Source of the DNA: Felis catus
Taxonomy: Eukaryota
Reading direction: 5' to 3'
Assembly (NCBI RefSeq): GCF_018350175.1
Contig: NC_058368.1
Location: forward strand, 36,396,001 to 36,460,000
Length of the DNA stretch: 64,000 nt
Positions 24,842 to 38,741 of the stretch are shown here, piece after piece. The notes beneath the pieces were generated by a model. That model was not told the origin of the DNA and did no database searches. It saw only the letters and a list, made by a program, of their open reading frames with translations. Numbering within the stretch: the stretch's first letter is position 1; each line of letters starts with the position of its first letter. A program made the translations under genes and the position numbers.

Positions 24842-25381
24842 TGTATTGGCTATCTGTTGCTATTTAACAAATTGCCCCCCAAATTTAGTGAGTTAAACAA
24901 TATTTATTATATCAAAGTCTGTGTGTGTCAGAGATGTGGGGATGGCTTAGTTGGATCCTCTGTTTCAAGGTCTCTCACAGTCTGCAATCAAGGTATCAGC
25001 TGGGCTGCAGGAAACTCAAGTTCAACTAGAAGAATATCTATCTCCACGTTCACTCAAGTGATATTGACAGGACTTAGTTTCTTGGGGAAACTAAGAAACT
25101 GGAGGCCACCCTCAGTTCCTTGCAACGAGGGCCTCTCCATAGGGCAGCTTAAAATATGGTATCTAGCCTCTACCAGCGTGAGCAAGTGAGAAAGTGAGAG
25201 AGGGCAAGCAAATCAGAAATCAGTCATTTTGTAACCTAATTCTGGAGGTGATGTTCCATCACTCTTGATTTATTCTGTTTGCTAAAAGTAAGTCGCTAGG
25301 TCCAGCTCACTCTGGAGAAAACGGGATTACGCGCGAATGGTTGGAGATCATTGGAAGCCATTGTAGAATCTGTTTAACACA
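24842..25381 (-). mobile_element. MLT1 (F/G-like) MaLR solo LTR
   Basis: Reverse 3' end tgtattggctatctgttgctatttaacaaattgccccccaaatttagtg, plus ctgcaatcaaggtatcagctgggctgcag. Confidence 0.8.
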
Positions 25382-25919
25382 GGCAGCAAAACACAGAAAT
25401 AATAAGCCCCACTAAAAACCTTTCACTCTGGAGCATGATTAAACATGGAGCCTGACATTGTAAGTAAGGGGGGGGGGCGGGGACATGAGAGACTGGGTTG
25501 GAGGACAATTGTTCCTTTTAAGCATTGGAAATAGCCTAAAGAAAGAGAACAGATTCTAGAAGATGGCAGAAAAGAAATACTCTCAAGATTTCTCAGGAAA
25601 TATGTGAGACTTCTGCTGGGCAAAGATTTCTAGGATTCCACTTTGCTGTTAATGACTCATTAGTCAGAATTCTTCTGCATCTTGAATATCTAGGAGTTGA
25701 AAAGTCACAGCTAGGTGCCCCTCTCTCCACAAGGCTGACCTCTTGTAGTACAGCTCTGATAGTGCCAGACCTCTATCCTATTTCGTAATCCTAAGCTTCT
25801 CTGTAACATTCCTTCATTCCATAAAAGGACCGGTCAGCCTTGCTTATGTTACATGCCCACTACTGGACCAATCATAGTATCCAAGAGGGTGTAATATCAC
25901 AGATGGCCTATGCCTACCT

Positions 25920-27729
25920 GTGTGGCTAAAGACTGAAGGCACCTTTTTTAGTCACTGATATTGTTAACCAAATATTGCTGCTTTCTTTCCAGGCACATGG
26001 TAGGATTGTACTTCCCTGTCCTTTTGGAGTAACTTATGGACATATGACTTTCTTTGACCAATGAAAGTAAGCAAAGTGATTCATCTGACTTAAAAAAAAA
26101 AAAAAGCTTTATTGAGATATAATTTGCATACCATAAAATCCATCCTCTTCGGTTGTACAATTCAGTGGTTTTTAGTGTACTCACAAGTTGTATAACTATT
26201 TCCATTATCTAATTCTAAAACATTTTATCACTCCACAAAGAAACCCCACGTCCCTTAGCAGTCACTTCCCATTTCCTCTTCCCCCTCCCTTGCTCATTGC
26301 TAGTATATTTTCTGTCTCTATGGATTTACCTATTCTGGATGTTTGCTACAATACGTGGCCTTTCATGAATGGCTTCTTTCACTTAGCATAATGTTACAAG
26401 GTTCATCCGAGTTGTAGCATGAATCAGTACTTCATTCCTTGTTATGGCTAAATAATATTTCATTGTATAGATTTACCACATTTTGTTTATCCGTTCATCC
26501 ACTGATGGACATTTTGGTTGTCTCTACTTTCTGGCTAATATGAAAAATGTTGCTAAGAACATTTTTTTACAGGTTTTTGTGTGGACATATGTTTTCATTT
26601 CTTTTGGGTACATACCCAGGAGTGGAATTGTTACATCATGGGGTACCTCTATGATTATCTTTTTGAAGAACTGTTAAACTGTTTTCCAAAGCAGCTGCAC
26701 CATTTGACATGCCTAGCCACAATGTGTAATGGTTTCAATTTCTCCACCAACACTTCTTGTTTTCTGTCTTCGAAATTTAACTATCTTTGTGAGTACCTAA
26801 TTATGATTTTGGTTTGCATTTTCCTAATGACTAATGATGTTGAACATCTTTTCATGTGCTTACTGGTAATTTGTACATCTTCTCTGGAGAGATGTCTATT
26901 CAAATCCTTTGCCCATTTTCTATTGGACTGTGGTTTTATTGTTGAGTTGTATGAGGTTTTTTTTTTTATATTCTGGATATAGGTCCCTTGTCAGATATGA
27001 TTTGCAAATATATTTTACCAATCCTTGGGTTGTCTTTTCATTTTCTTGATATTATCCTTTGAAACTCAAAGATTTTCACTTTAATGAAGTCCAATTTATC
27101 GATCTCTTTTCTTTTGTTGTTTGTGCCATATATAAGAAACCTGAGATTTAGTCCTGTGTCAAGGTTTTATAATTTTAGCTTTTACATTTAACTTTACATT
27201 TTACATTTACATTTTATACTTAGATTTCACCTTTAGGTCTATGATTGATTTCAATTATTTTTTTCTATAGGTGTGAGGTAGGGATTCAATTTCATTCTCT
27301 TGTATGTAGACATCTTTTGCATCTTTTGCCTCTTTGTAACAAACACCATTTGTTGCAAAGACTATTTTTTCACTATTGAATTTTCTCGGCATCCTTGTCA
27401 AAAATCGATTGACCATGAATGTAAAGATTTAATCCTGGACCCTCAATTCTATTTCATTGGTTTATATGTGCAGCTTTCTGCCAGTATCTATGTGTTACTT
27501 CTATGAGGAAGTTTTAAGAGCCAGTGCACAATTGGCCACACTTTATTCCTCTTCTTCTTCATTGGTAATATTTCAGATAGGAGTTGGGATCTTAGCCTGG
27601 TTTCCAGAGTAAGGATAATATGGAGAAGAGCTCTGAACTGAAGGACACCAGACATCATGCGAGAATTCAAACTTTGTTTAAACTTATCAATGTGCTGAAG
27701 TTGGTTACTAGCCTGTTCTGACAAATTCA
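25920..27729 (+). mobile_element. MLT1I-like LTR split by an L1 (halves at about 25920-26085 and 27495-27729)
   Basis: The 5' half caggcacatggtaggattgtacttccctg...ctttgaccaatgaaa continues after the L1 as ggaagttttaagagccagtgcacaattggccaca...ctagcctgttctgacaaattca. Confidence 0.7.
26092..27490 (-). mobile_element. L1MB-like LINE 3' end (ORF2 C-terminus and 3' UTR)
   Basis: ctttattgagatataatttgcataccataaaa..., ccactgatggacattttggttg, gtacatacccaggagtggaattg, tgactaatgatgttgaacatcttttcatgtgctt. Confidence 0.9.
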
Positions 27730-28190
27730 GCACTAAAATTGACAACTTTACATAGAAAAAGGGTAGTGTCTTCAGAAAAGCCAGAAGGGAAATAGAAAGC
27801 ATGCTGGACAAGCAAAACTTTAGCCATAATTGTAAACCCCAAGTACTATGAGCTAGCCCTAATTGTGTTGTATATTTCTTGATGTAGCCTGGAGAATTCT
27901 TGGTCCCCTTACCAACATCACGCAAATTGCTGATTACTATGTCCTGGGTGCTGGGTGCTAGAAATTCAGTGTGTAACATGACGTCTCTACTGTCAGGATC
28001 TTACATTCTACTTGGGAAGATAGAATGTACACATAAAAAATAAAGAACAATACAAGCTATCGTGTAATAAGTAGTGCTAGACAGGCTTAAAGGAGAATAA
28101 GGGCAATCCAACATGGTTAAAGAGGGTTTCATCATATTACAATTTAAGTTGTGTCTGCCTGGAAAAGGATTTAGGCAATCAAACAGAGAA

Positions 28191-28394
28191 GGGGAGTGCC
28201 TGGGTTGCTCACTCAGTTAAGTATCCAACTGTTGATTTTGGCTTAGATCATGATTTCACAGTTCATGAGTTCGAGTCCTGCATCAGGCTCCATGCTGACA
28301 GTACGGGGCCTGCTTGGGATTCTCTGTCTCCCTCTCTCTCTGCCTCTCTCTCTTTTTTTTTCTCAAAAATAAATAGATAAATATTTTTTAAAAA
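28191..28394 (+). mobile_element. Can-SINE
   Basis: Head ggggagtgcctgggttgctc, (CT)n tract, A-rich tail. Confidence 0.92.
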
Positions 28395-28829
28395 GGAGAA
28401 GGAAGGTACAGGGTGAAGGTGAACAGAGAGGTGGGCAAAGCAGAACCATCTTGTTTGGGAAATAGTAAATAAATAGTTCACTGGGAACAAAAGATCTATT
28501 GAGAAGTAGTCATAAAAATGGTTTGTGGATGAAACAGAAGCATATGGATGATGAGTCTTAAGTCTTATTTTGTAGGTAGTGGAAAAACATTGAAAACTTT
28601 TTGAAGGAAAACTGATGCTTTTGGGAAATTAATCTTACAGCAGTGACATTAGAAGCAGTAAAACTGCTTCTACTTCATCCCCTCTGAAATGCCCTCTAAT
28701 GCTAGCTCTGTAATGTATCTGATTCCTGTTTGTTTGTTTGTTTTTTAATGTATCTGATTCCCTACAGCTAACTAGTACAGTCCTGCAGAGACTTGGAAAT
28801 GCCAATTCACTGTCATTCTCTAAACCAGA

Positions 28830-29187
28830 AGCAGTCTAGGCTAACTACCACAGACTATCATAGACTGGATAGCTCATAAACAACAACAATTTATTTCTCA
28901 CAATTCTAGAGGCTGGGAAGTTCAAGATCAAGGTGTTGAAAGATTCAGTGTCTGGTGAGGACCTGCTTCCTGGTTTATAGACAACACTTTCTTAATGTGT
29001 CTTCACATTGTGGAAGGGGAGAAACTGCTCTCTGGAGTCTCTTTTATAAGGGTACTAATCCCATTCACGAGATCTCCATTGTCATGATCTGATCACCACC
29101 CAAAGTCCCCACCTCCAAATACCATCACATTGGAGATTAAGATTAAACATACGAATTTTGAGGGAACGCAAACTTCATCCATAGCAA
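28830..29187 (-). mobile_element. MLT1A-like MaLR solo LTR
   Basis: tttatttctcacaattctagaggctgggaagttcaagatcaaggtg...cttttataagggtactaatcccattcacga...cccacctccaaataccatcacattgg. Confidence 0.85.
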
Positions 29188-31197
29188 TTACTATCTAATA
29201 TTGAGAGTTTTTCTATATTGGGTAGTATGATGCCAGCACACTGAATGATGCTATATATTAAAATAGTCAAAAACTACTGAATTTGGGATTTAAAGTTTTG
29301 GATCTATCAGGGCCTTGCAAACAGATTCCAGAGAAAAACAGTAGACTTTAATAGTAAAGGAAATTGAAGACTCAACCATTTGAATGTGGCAATCACGAGC
29401 CGTTTGGAGTGAGAGTTGGCAAATATTTTCCCAACTGTCAATTCTAAGAAACATGCAAACAGATTCTTTGTAAGTGAATGCAGCAGTGAACCTGTGTCTG
29501 TGTTAAACCACAGAGAAATGAAATAAGCTGATTTTAAATTTCTAAAGGGAACTTAAACCACCTGCTAAGTTGTAGAATTTAATTTGCAAGATGAATACTT
29601 GGCAATGTGACACTTCTTTCATAGCTTCATTTGCTGTTTTAATAAAAATGTTCACAATGCTTTGGTTCCATCTGTTAGAGAAAGTGAAAACAACTAACTG
29701 CTATTCAAACAACAAAAAATACAGCTTTCTAGAAAACTATATCTAGTGCCGCCAAAATGTAAAGAGGTATTTATAAATTTTAAACTTCTGCCTCACTCCT
29801 TAAAAATGTTGTTGTAATTGTACTGCATCTTGGACTCAACATATAAATAATTTATGCAAAAATTTAAAATTTAAATTATTCCCCACACTCCAAATGCAAA
29901 CAAATGCTTTCAAAGTTACCATGACTATGAATCTTACTGCAGCAGGCTACAGATTTTCATTATAACAATTTGTAAGCAAATATTTGGTTATTTTTATAAG
30001 CCACAAATCTGGCTGAAGGAGAAAATGATATGTAATAAATAAAAACTGTGCAAACCACAAAGTATGTTTGTTGTTACATTTCCAGATTGGAGATAACAAT
30101 AAGCTATAGTGTGACAGCCTCTCTACTTTATTGATTGAATTTCCATTTCTTTTTTTCCTCAGAATTGATCAAAATTTTATAACTTTCAATAAGCGTTATT
30201 TCTCAAGCACTAACCCCAGTACTTAACACTGTGTTGGCATGTGTTAAGCACACACTATGTGTTTGTTGAGTCAAAGAGGTACAAGAGTAGTCAACATTAT
30301 ATCGGAGAGAGGCAGAAAGGCAGAGTGGGGAGAGACAGAGATGAGAACAAACTGAAGAAAACAGAGAGAAAAAACTCTGTCCCATGGAATTAACTAGGAC
30401 ATTAGTTTCAGTTTGTCTAAGATTGAGCTGCTGGGTAAAACTGAACTGTTTGCAGGGAGGACAAGTGAGGTTGACAATAACACATCGGGAGCCTGTAGAA
30501 TGTTTTGTTGTCTTTCCCATGATGTCTCCCCCCATAAGGAATCTCTGTGCTTACGTTTCCTGAAGACAAGAAGGGCTATAAGAATCTCATCTTGTGATCA
30601 ATCTTATGTTTGATTCAAGATGACATGGTGTTGTCTCAGTTCAAAAGATTTTGAGAGCTAGACTCTTTGAATGTGAGTTTCAGATATTTGCGTTCAAGCC
30701 TAGGTACTTTAAGGTAAAGAAACTGAGACCCATGAAGTTAGGTAACCAGCTAATTACCCATTGAGCAGGAAATAGATACAGCATTTCCTTAAGATCATCC
30801 TGAATTCTATATAAGTTAAAATTCAAATAAGAAGAAAATGAACAATAAATAAATTCACTCTTTTCATAACAGAAACAAAACTTATGTGTCATTGCCCATT
30901 TTAAGATAAGCAAGAAGCACCTAAAGGGAAGATACTATGCAAAGAGATGTGTTAGTTTCAATATATTTAGTGGTGGAGACTGGAGTTGGACATCATGTTT
31001 TAATCGCTTACTACTCAGAAAAGTTTTATAATGTGTTTGATTCCAAATCTCATCTGAAAAATGGGTATAATAATTACCCGATCTAGTTTACAGGGTACTG
31101 ACAGGATGAAAGTAAAAATAAGAGCATCTGTCCAAAATGCTTTGTTAATTGCATCGTGTTAAATAAAAGTAAGGTATCCCTGACACTGTAGTTGTAC

Positions 31198-31421
31198 TTT
31201 TTTTTTTTTAATTTTTTTTTTTAACATTTATTTATTTTTGAGACAGAGACAGAGCATGAACGGGATAGAGGCAGAGAGAGAGGGAGACACAGAATTGGAA
31301 GCAGGCTCCAGGCTCTGAGCCATCAGCCCAGAGCCTGATGCGGGGCTCGAACTCACGGACCACGAGATCGTGACCTGAGCTGAAGTCGGACGCTCAACCG
31401 ACTGAGCCACCCAGGCGCCCC
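31198..31421 (-). mobile_element. Can-SINE (feline type)
   Basis: Reverse head ...gagccacccaggcgcccc. TSD tgtagttgtact / tgtagttgcact. Confidence 0.95.
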
Positions 31422-32569
31422 TGTAGTTGCACTGGTTTTAATAGTAATGCTCTGAACCCTTCCACAGGAAACAACTGCAAACAGCCAGTACAGGAAAATA
31501 TCACTCATTTAAAAACACTGCTAAGGAAAAGAAACTGATACAACATTGATAAAAAGATATTATTTAAAAAAAAAAAAGATAAAAGTGAGTAGCAGTATCA
31601 ATTAAGAACTGAATACTCTCCAAAAAATAATGCCATGGAATAGTGGTTTTTGGTACTAAGCACTTCATAGTGAATATTTTTTTAATGGTAAAAGAAACAA
31701 TTATTTATGCAGGAAGAAACCACGCAGAAGCACTAGATATAAATGTTGTGAAATAACAGAAAGAAATAAAACATAAAATAACATGGCAGAACTAAAAAAA
31801 GTAGATGAGAAAAGGTAAAGCCACTAGAGAAATAAAGATGAACCATAAAAGAAAAGAATTTTCTACACTGTAGAAAATTCATGGGAATATAGAGGATAGA
31901 GGAAATAGAAATGGGAAAAGTTAAAAAAAAAAAAGTAAAGAGTTTAAAAGAACTAGAAAAAACACAATAGAGGGGTCAGGCAAAGAAGAGCCAATTTATG
32001 CATTATTGGATTACATAAAGACGACCAGATCAGTGGCAAATACTACAAGAAATTCTCAAGGTTATAAAAATTTTTTAATCAGTCTGTTGAAAGGGTATAC
32101 ACTGGTACATGGAAAACTGACCTAAAATAGTCAATACCAAGGCATATATTAGCAAAGTTACTAAGCTAACAATTTTATAACCATCCAGGTTGTCCTTCAA
32201 GGCCTTGGGAACATTGTAAGCACATAAGAACTCAAAAACTAAGAATGCCTGTGAGCCCCTACTGAGGAAAATAATGTGGGATACATTTCACCAACCAAGA
32301 AAGACTAGGCAAACGAAAGTAAAAGAACTTGTGGTGAGAATTAAATATATTTAACTGTAGAACTAGACTGAAACAAATGAGAATAGAATGATAGAAATAA
32401 GCCATGTATGTCCTTACAATTTAGAAAGTAGCTAAGCAAATTAGGAGAGTCAGGAGAGAAAAGAGGGAGATTGTCCCATCAATAGTATCTGGGGGTCAAA
32501 TAATATTACCTCAAGTTGACAGTCAAATACTGGAAGTAAAGGAAAATTTAACAAATATAAAGAAATATA

Positions 32570-32755
32570 ATTTTTTGGAGAGAGAGAGAGAGAGAGAGCA
32601 TGAGTGAGGGATGGACAGAGGGAGAGGGAGAGAGAATCCTAAGTGGACCCAGTGTGGAGCCACACACAGGATTTATCTCGTGACTACCATGAGATCATGA
32701 TCTAAGCCAAAATCAAGAGTTGGACACTTAAAGGACTGAGCCACCCAGGTGCCCC
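32570..32755 (-). mobile_element. Can-SINE
   Basis: (GA)n tract, reverse head gagccacccaggtgcccc. TSD aagaaatata. Confidence 0.92.
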
Positions 32756-32961
32756 TAAGAAATATATCTTTATCGATTCATAATGGAACACAAAGGGACC
32801 AAAAGAAACAAGAAGAGGAGAAAATATTTTATTATTATTGAGCCTCATAGAAAACTAATAGTGTTAAAAAAAAATAAAGGTAAATAGAGAAATAAAAATT
32901 TAGACCCTCTTAAACATCAAGAAAACTACATACACATAAAAACAAATCACATTAGAGAGAC

Positions 32962-33183
32962 TTTTTTTAAGTCTATTTATTTATTTTGAGAGAGAGAGAG
33001 AGCACATGTGCGAGCAGGGGAGTGGCAGAGAGAAAAGCAGAGAGAGAGAACCCCAATCCTAAGCAAGCTCTGTGCTGTTAGCTCAGAGCCTGATGAGTCG
33101 CTGGGTCCCACAAACTGTGAGACCATGACCTGAGTTGAAATCAAGAGTTGGACGCTCAACTGACTGAGCCACCCAAGCACCCC
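32962..33183 (-). mobile_element. Can-SINE
   Basis: T-tail, (GA)n tract, reverse head gagccacccaagcacccc. Confidence 0.92.
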
Positions 33184-34043
33184 TGGAAAGACTTTTAAAA
33201 ACAAAAGTAAGTGATAACAAAACAAAACAAAGCAAAACCAAACCAAACAAAACTGTGATCAGACCACATAATATAAAACAATATGACAGAAATAAGGCCA
33301 AATACATCTATTATGTTGATAAATGTAAATGAGCTTAACTCACCTATTAAAGGAAAATATATTTTCAGGTTAGAGCTCAAAGCAAAACTTTGTTCTGTAT
33401 GCAGAAGACACATCTAAGACTTTCAGAAGCATTGAAACTGAAGTACGTTTTGACAAGTCAATATCAGATAAAGTGGAATTCAGGATTAAATTACATAATA
33501 CATGACCTTTATGATACCAAAGGGACAGTTGACAGTGAAAATATAAAAGTTACAAAAATCTATGCACCACTCAAAATAGCAGTGACATTTATAAAGCACA
33601 AATGATAGGAATTGCAAGGAGGAATAGACAAAAAGAGACATGAATAGAGGAGAGTAAGGTCTAAAAGACCAACACAACGTTATTAAAATAAATCTATTCC
33701 ATGCATGTCGAACTCTGTTCCTGAAAATACAAAATACACCTTGTTTTCAAATGCCTAAGGAACAGTCATGGAACTTGATTATAATTAGAACACAGAGTAA
33801 CCTTGAATCAATAACTTGGATTACAATAAAATAAAATTAAAAATAAATCAGATAATAAGTCTTCTTCATCTGATAATTTAACAAATTGTGAAAAACTTGG
33901 GTTATGGGTCAAAGAAGAGCTAAAAACTGAAATTATAGAATTTGAAAATATATAATGGTATTTACAGTGGAAATGCTATATCACAGTGCAAAAAAATGTC
34001 ATAGCCCTAAATATTTAGATTACTTTTAAAAAAGGAAATAAAA

Positions 34044-34315
34044 GGGGCGCCTGGGTGGCACAGTCGGTTAAGCGTCCGACTTCAGCCAGGTCACGATCTC
34101 GCGGTCTGTGAGTTCAAGCCCCGCATCGGGGTCTGGGCTGATGGCTCAGAGCCTGGAGCCTGTTTCCGATTCTGTGTCTCCCTCTCTCTCTGCTCCTCCC
34201 CCATTCATGCTCTGTCTCTCTCTGTCCCAAAAATAAATAAATAAAAAAAAAAAAACGTTGAAAAAAAAAAGAAAAAAAAAAAGAAAAAAAAAAACAAAAA
34301 GATAAAAAAAAATTA
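34044..34315 (+). mobile_element. Young feline Can-SINE with a long A-tail
   Basis: SINEC_Fc-type head (cagccaggtcacgatctcgcggtc), A-rich tail of about 85 nt, TSD aaaaaaggaaataaaa. Confidence 0.96.
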
Positions 34316-35139
34316 AAAAAAGGAAATAAAAATAAATTAATTAAACTATCAACTTAAAAGATTTGAAAAAGAAAAATAAAGTAAACTGAAGGAAATAGAA
34401 GGAAGTATTAATAAATATGAAGGTAGAGTCAATGGTTTAAAAAAATAGAAAAATAAAACTGATCAATAAATCCAAAACCCGACTAAGGAAAAAAATAGAA
34501 TATATAAACAAGTTAACTTAATCAATGAAAAATAAGAAAGGTGTAACTAGATAGATTAAGAAATGACAGTAGGAAAGTAACCCCAGAAAGAATTCTATGA
34601 TTACTCTGCTCAACTCTATGTAAATAAATTGGAAAACCTAAATGAAATGAATAAATTACCATAAAAAAAATAGAATGTGTAAACAGACCAATGTCCAAGA
34701 AAAAAAAACAGCAACCGTCAAATCGTGATCTTCTAAAAACATTACCAGGTCCAGGCGATTTTACAGGAATTTTGTAAAACACAATAAAAAAAAGAATTCC
34801 AATGCTATTAGAACTATTTCAAGAAAATAAAAATTCCAAGTCTATTTTTTTCATAAGTTTGCAATACCTATATGGAAAAAGATTCGAAACCAAAGGAAGG
34901 CCACATATAGAACACCTGAATTAATGGAAATACATTATTATATGCTTGGTTAGGAGTAAAACCAGTTTCCTCTAAGTTAATTAGCTAATTTAATATGATC
35001 CCAATAAAAATACAACAGATGTATTTTTACCTAGACAAATTGTTCCTAAATTTCACATAGAAATATTAAAAAGCAAAAATAAAACACAAAAATTCTTTAA
35101 AGAGTCATAGTGAGGCAGAACTAGTCCTACCAGATATTA

Positions 35140-35757
35140 AAGATTCCTGCCTCTTAGTGCACACTTCCTGTATAATCTTCTTCATTTGACCATGGACAGG
35201 ACCTGTAAATATTATGAATAGCATGGCTATGGTTAGATTAGATAAGAGGGGAAAAAATGAGTAGATTTGGCAGATATGATTAAGATGTCTAATCAGTTGC
35301 CTTTAAATTAATTAAAATGGAGATTGTCCTGGGTGGGACTGACCCAATCAAGTGAGTCCTTTAATACAAGGTTTAGATGTCAGAGAATCTTCTGCTGGCC
35401 TTGCAGAAACAAATCTCCCTGTTGTGAGAGGTCTTCTAGGAGGACCACTTAACAAGGAATTGCAGGAATCTTTCAGATTTGAGAGTGACCCACAGCTTAG
35501 TAAGAAAGAGGGTCCTCACTCCTACAATTACAAGGAAGTTAATTCTATCAACAATCAGATAAATTTGGAAGAGAACCCCAAACTCTGAAAGCTATCATAG
35601 TCTGGCTCCACATAATTTCAGCCTTGTGAGACCCTGAGACCAGGATCCAGTTAAGTTGTTCTTGGCCTCCTGGCCCATAGACACTGCGAGATAATAAATA
35701 TATGTTGTTTATAGTCACTGAGTTGTAGTAGTTTGTTACACAGAAAGAAATAACAAA
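35140..35757 (+). mobile_element. MLT1E/F-like MaLR solo LTR
   Basis: ctaatcagttgcctttaaattaattaaaatggagattgtcctgggtggg...cctacaattacaaggaagttaattct...cagccttgtgagaccctgag...gagataataaatatgttgtttt. Confidence 0.85.
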
Positions 35758-37399
35758 TAATCACCTAAAAACCTAAATTCCAGAAGATAACAGAATTAAA
35801 TGTAAAAACTGAAACTATTAAGTAGAACAGGACATAAATACATACAATACCAATGATTTAATCAGTAACATTTTAAAGAGATTGTTGTTACCATTTTCCA
35901 AGGGAATGCTGTATTTTCTAGCCTAAAGTTACCAGAAGTGAAAATCCCTGACAGTTTAGAAATGAACAATGAGATCATCCCAAGGGAAAATAAAAAACTC
36001 TGTGGCTTATAACCAAAGCGATATTTTTTAAAAATAATGCACACAACTAAAATATTGGAGGGAAAAACCCAAAAACATAAACAAAGAGAAAGCAGGAAAA
36101 ATTAATTAATAAATCTACAAAGAGAAAGAAATTCAGTTAAAAAGAGGACCAATAAAAGAGACAAAACAAAAATAGAATTGATAAAATCTTTAAAAGGCTG
36201 GTAAAATAGGCAAACATTATGTAAGTCTGACCAATTAAAAAAGAGAGAAAAGAGAAATATATACCATTAATAATGGAATATGACCATATATTCAGAGAAA
36301 AATCTTTAATGATAGAATTCTAAACACTAATCAATTAGATAATAGAATGAGAAGAGATCCCATTAAAAATAGCAATTATATATATATACCTATATATATA
36401 TTTATAATGATATACTCTATGTGATATATGTGATATGAGATGCTCTGCTTGTAAATGGGAACACTGTACACTCTAAATAAGGCAATTCTATAAAATAATC
36501 TATACATTCAACATAATTTCAACCAAAATTCCATTTGAAGTTGAAGGGCTAAATTAAGAAATTAAAAGGTTTATAAGAATTATCATGAAGCATGCCATGT
36601 GCCAGGAATAATGTTGAGTATTTCACAATGACCTTAGTCTTGCCACAATTCTTTGAGGTAGATACTACTATTATCTCATTTTTTGCAGATTAAGAGAGTG
36701 AGCTTTAGAAACCTTAGACAGCATGTAATAAGAGGCTCAGTCTGGTTTTAACCTATGTTGTCTGAATTCAAGGTCATCCTTTTGACCACCACACATACTG
36801 GCTCAAGTTCACATTGTTGGCAAAAGGATGGACTTAGGAGTGACTGGTTTTGCGACAACTGCCTCATGACTTAGAAGAGAATAAAGGTGAATCCGTACCT
36901 CTCACCTGATAGTGAAGCAAGTTTCAGAGAAATTAAATGGGAACGATTTGCAAAAAAAATATACACCACCAGAGAACAAACAGATAAATATTCATATATC
37001 TTGGGGGAAGAAAAGATATTTCTAAGCATAACACTAAAGACAGTAGAATAACAATTTTAACTTCTAAAAAGCAATAAATAAATAAATAAATAAATAAATA
37101 GCAATAAAGCCCAATAACAAATTTAAAGTACCAATAACAAAATAGGAAAAAATTTTTTGCAATTTGATAGACAAAAGGTAATGTAATAATGTATAAAAGG
37201 CCTTTCAAATCAATAAGTACAAGATGAAGACCTCAGTTTTATAAACTTAGATTGTTCTTAACAATATCTCAATAAGTTTATAATGGGGACAAGGTCAATG
37301 ACTTGAAGTGTAGAGAGCTGTTGTAAAACATAAAGGTTTATGGGTGCGCTGGGAATTTAAATTATTCAGAGAAGTTCTAGGGAGAACAATTACCCCTTC

Positions 37400-38350
37400 A
37401 ATTTGTCACTAAATAGATGTTTATCAAGTCTGTACTCTGTACTAGGAACAAGTACACTGGTGAGGCACACTGGTGAACAAAACACGGGGCATAGATTCCA
37501 ACTGTGGGAAACTGTAAATTAAGGAGAGAGTGATAGGGACAGAGAGATGGAAAGAGAGAGAGAAAAGCTAGGCCAAAAAATTAAAACGGGACTGTGTGAC
37601 TATCTGACAATGACTGGTCATAGAAAATTTCTCTGAGAGGGTGAAATTTGAATCTGAATGACAAGATGTCAAGTGATGCTTTGGCAAGAAGTGATTTACA
37701 TAGAGAGAAGTGGAGTGTCCAGTTGGGAAGGTTACTACAGGGGTCTATGTAAGAGACAATGATGTCTCAGACTAGGGATAGTGCCAGTATTTTTTTAAGT
37801 TGATGGTATATTATTTACTCAGGTGGAAAAACTAAGAGGGAAACAGATAGTTTAGGTTGGGAGATGGGTAGAATGCAAGAATCGCAAATTAGCTGCACTA
37901 TGGTAGGTCTGAGAGAGAGATGTCAAATAGGCAACAGTGAGGGAATGGATGTGGAGACTCAGAGATTTGGGTTCCATTATCATATGGATGATATTTCACC
38001 CTAGAGTCTAGATAAGAACCTCTAGGGCAAGAATGTAGACAAAAAAGAGAAGGGAGCAAAGGAAAGAACCATAGAGTACCCAACATTTAGAGCAGCTGAG
38101 GAGGAAAAGTCAGCCAAGGAGCCTTAGAAGAAATGGCTGGTGATATAGGAAAAAATCAAGACTGTGGAGTTATAGAGGCAAGAGAAAAGTTCCACAGAAG
38201 GTAAAGGTGTCCACAGTAGCTAAAGTGGTCAAATGCTTTGCTGCTGAGAAATCAAGTAAGAGAAAAGTGAGTGCTTTGGCAATGAAAGCTATTGGGACTC
38301 TTGACAAGGGCAGCGTCAGGCAGTGGAGGGAGCAGAAGCCCAACCCAAAG
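37400..38350 (-). mobile_element. L2 LINE fragment
   Basis: aaatagatgtttatcaagtctgtactctgtactagg...ggtgaacaaaaca, and gagagatgtcaaataggcaac. Confidence 0.7.
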
Positions 38351-38741
38351 TTCACTTCCTCTCAGCTTCATCATCATGAAGGAAGGAAACCTCAGCCCTG
38401 TGGAAGGTTTCACTGGGATCACCTTGAGCCACTTGCCCATTGTCCTGTAGCAGGAAGGTAAGGGGTCATCAACAGCCCAGTGTAATCCAGGTGCTTATGC
38501 CTGGATCCATCACTGTGTCCAGGGAAGCTGATTCATGGAGCCAGAGTCCATAGCAAGATACCTCCCTGCATCCCAACATACAAAAGTGTACAAACCTTTC
38601 TCTATGCCTAAAACCAATCAGAGGAGCAAATATGTAACTACAACCAAGGTCAAGCAAGCATCAGTCTCAGCTTTAGGATGCAAAACTCTGTAAATGACAA
38701 CACAGAAAGTATTAAGCACTTAACATTCTTTCCTTAAAAAA

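Larger units (their letters stand above)
31450..36560 (+). mobile_element. Highly decayed old L1 (ORF1, ORF2 endonuclease and downstream remnants), interrupted by three Can-SINEs and an MLT1
   Basis: A-rich strand bias. 33308-33420 reads SIMLINVNELNSPIK...CMQKTHL, compare L1 endonuclease TLNVNGLNSPIKR...CLQETHL. Also aaaatctatgcacca (compare NIYAP) and ccaggtccaggcgattttacaggaattt (compare PGPDGFTGEF). Confidence 0.8.

Noticed and set aside
26188..27506. Several overlapping + strand ORFs of 64-133 aa
   Set aside because: They are antisense translations of the L1 3' end.
27488..27979. Longest ORF in the window (163 aa, minus strand, with a hydrophobic stretch)
   Set aside because: It starts in an L2 remnant and its C-terminal half is the antisense strand of an MLT1I-like LTR. 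It resembles no protein family I know, so it is most likely a chance ORF.
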